From Selaginella moellendorffii (taxonomy: Eukaryota > Plantae > Lycopodiophyta): DNA of 64,000 nucleotides. Shown one piece after another: positions 62,951 to 64,000 of this stretch. Position numbers and translations under genes: made by a program. Every line of letters begins with the position of its first letter. Position 1 is the first letter of the stretch. Under the pieces are notes generated by a model. The model was not told where the DNA came from. It did no database searches and was given only the letters and a program-made list of their open reading frames with translations. The stretch lies in NCBI RefSeq assembly GCF_000143415.4, contig NW_003314280.1, forward strand, positions 1,173,663-1,237,662. The letters are read 5' to 3'.

Positions 62951-63084
62951 AGGATAGCAAGCGTGCTCTGATCATGACAAAGAAAACCACGTCTTCCGAG
63001 GCATAGAAAGAAAGAAATCCCTTGATCCAATTCGATTCAAACAGAATATAATTGTTTAGAAGAGAATGGGAGAACACACTTTTG

Positions 63085-63237
63085 TCATGGCCCCGTCACC
63101 GGAGGGGTCTTCGGTGGAGGCCTATACCCCTCGACATTTTGGATAGGCAGGGTAAACCGGCTCTCCACCTTCTGGATGACAATTGAGAGTAGAATCAAAA
63201 TCACAACTTGAAGAGCGTATTGCCAAACCCGTTGCAT
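63085..63237 (-). CDS. Small secreted Pro-rich peptide precursor, copy 6 (50 aa)
   Basis: MQRVWQYALQVVILILLSIVIQKVES-RFTLPIQNVEGYRPPPKTPPVTGP*. TATA 63280-63285; W-boxes at 63298, 63339 and 63365. Confidence 0.8.
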   Translation of the reverse strand: MQRVWQYALQVVILILLSIVIQKVESRFTLPIQNVEGYRPPPKTPPVTGP

Positions 63238-63492
63238 TGTTTTCGTGCATGATCTTTTCTCGTGTGCATGATCAAAACATATATACCAAACAGCAGCTTG
63301 ACTAAAAGTCTCGTTTTCTACAAAATCGTGCTTCACTTTTGACTGTCATTTCCATATCGAACGAGGTCAAACTGGAGAGCTTCCCCCTTGTGTGACAATT
63401 TTCACGATGCTCACAATGCGATCCTACGGCAAAGAACGATTCAAAGAGAATAAAATGTTTAGGAGATAAAAAGAACACATAAAGTATAATTG

Positions 63493-63618
63493 TCATGGGC
63501 TCAGGGGTTTTATTCGAGGCCTAAATTTGAAATTAGACTCCTGGTCCTCTCCATTATGAATGACAAATGAAAATGCTGTGAAAATCACAACAAGAGCATA
63601 TCGCCAAACGCATACCAT
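63493..63618 (-). CDS. Small peptide precursor, copy 7 (41 aa, shortened motif; absent from the ORF track)
   Basis: Hand translation: MVCVWRYALVVIFTAFSFVIHNGEDQESNFKFRPRIKPLSP*. TATA 63657-63664; W-box 63756-63761. Confidence 0.6.
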   Translation of the reverse strand: MVCVWRYALVVIFTAFSFVIHNGEDQESNFKFRPRIKPLSP

Positions 63619-63900
63619 TGTCTGCTTGCATTAATCTTTCTCGTATGATCAAACTCTATATATACAAACAAGCACTCAACGTCTCGTGATGTACAAAGTC
63701 GTGGTTCACTCCGACTTTAGACTTTTCAGTAAAAAATTTCGTCTTGATCGAATGAGGTCAAACTGGAGTTCATCCAGCAGCTTCCATTCTCACGTTTTGA
63801 AAGAGCCCATTCTCACAATCAGATTAGAAATGGCTCTGATGGAGATTGTCTCTCCCGGAACATCGCCATTTGCCGGCATTGCAAGGAGGGCCGGATCCAA

Positions 63901-64000
63901 ATGGCTAAACAGCTCTTCGATGCAATGCCAGTCCAGAACCTGGTGGCAGCAACCGCGCTCCTGGATGCATATGCCCGCGTGGGGCATTTTGACTGCGCTC
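63901..64000 (+). CDS. Start of another PPR-B copy (runs off the window)
   Basis: MAKQLFDAMPVQNLVAATALLDAYARVGH, near-identical to 59335 onward. Confidence 0.7.
   Translation, partial: MAKQLFDAMPVQNLVAATALLDAYARVGHFDCA

Overview
Plant nuclear DNA. Very short (~50-70 nt) introns, tight gene packing and many PLS-class PPR genes point to a lycophyte such as Selaginella (inference). 1.5-5.7 kb: a GT34 xylosyltransferase and an ALE2/extensin-like receptor kinase. 6.2-21.3 kb: a retrotransposon island of two decayed Ty3/gypsy copies lying tail-to-tail; one is split by a younger, apparently non-autonomous 7.3-kb LTR element with minisatellite-bearing LTRs and a hairpin-dense internal segment. 21.9-49 kb: ordinary gene-dense sequence (three NPF/PTR transporters, IQM, FIGL1-like ATPase, CCDC25, C2 protein, TOM2A-like, NHX, P-class PPR, nuclear mitochondrial RPS14, TMEM8-like, DUF538). 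48.8-64 kb: a decaying tandem array of PLS-PPR / CYP-fragment modules. The main finding sits inside that array: seven copies (five open, two decayed) of a tiny intronless minus-strand gene encoding 41-50 aa secreted-peptide precursors. Each has a signal peptide, a variable linker and a conserved C-terminal Pro-rich motif (hydrophobic-R-P-x-x-[KR]-x-P-P-x-x-x-P-stop), behind a TATA box and W-boxes. This is a candidate undescribed signalling or defence peptide family, only distantly reminiscent of CEP/CLE, and mostly missed by the ORF track.
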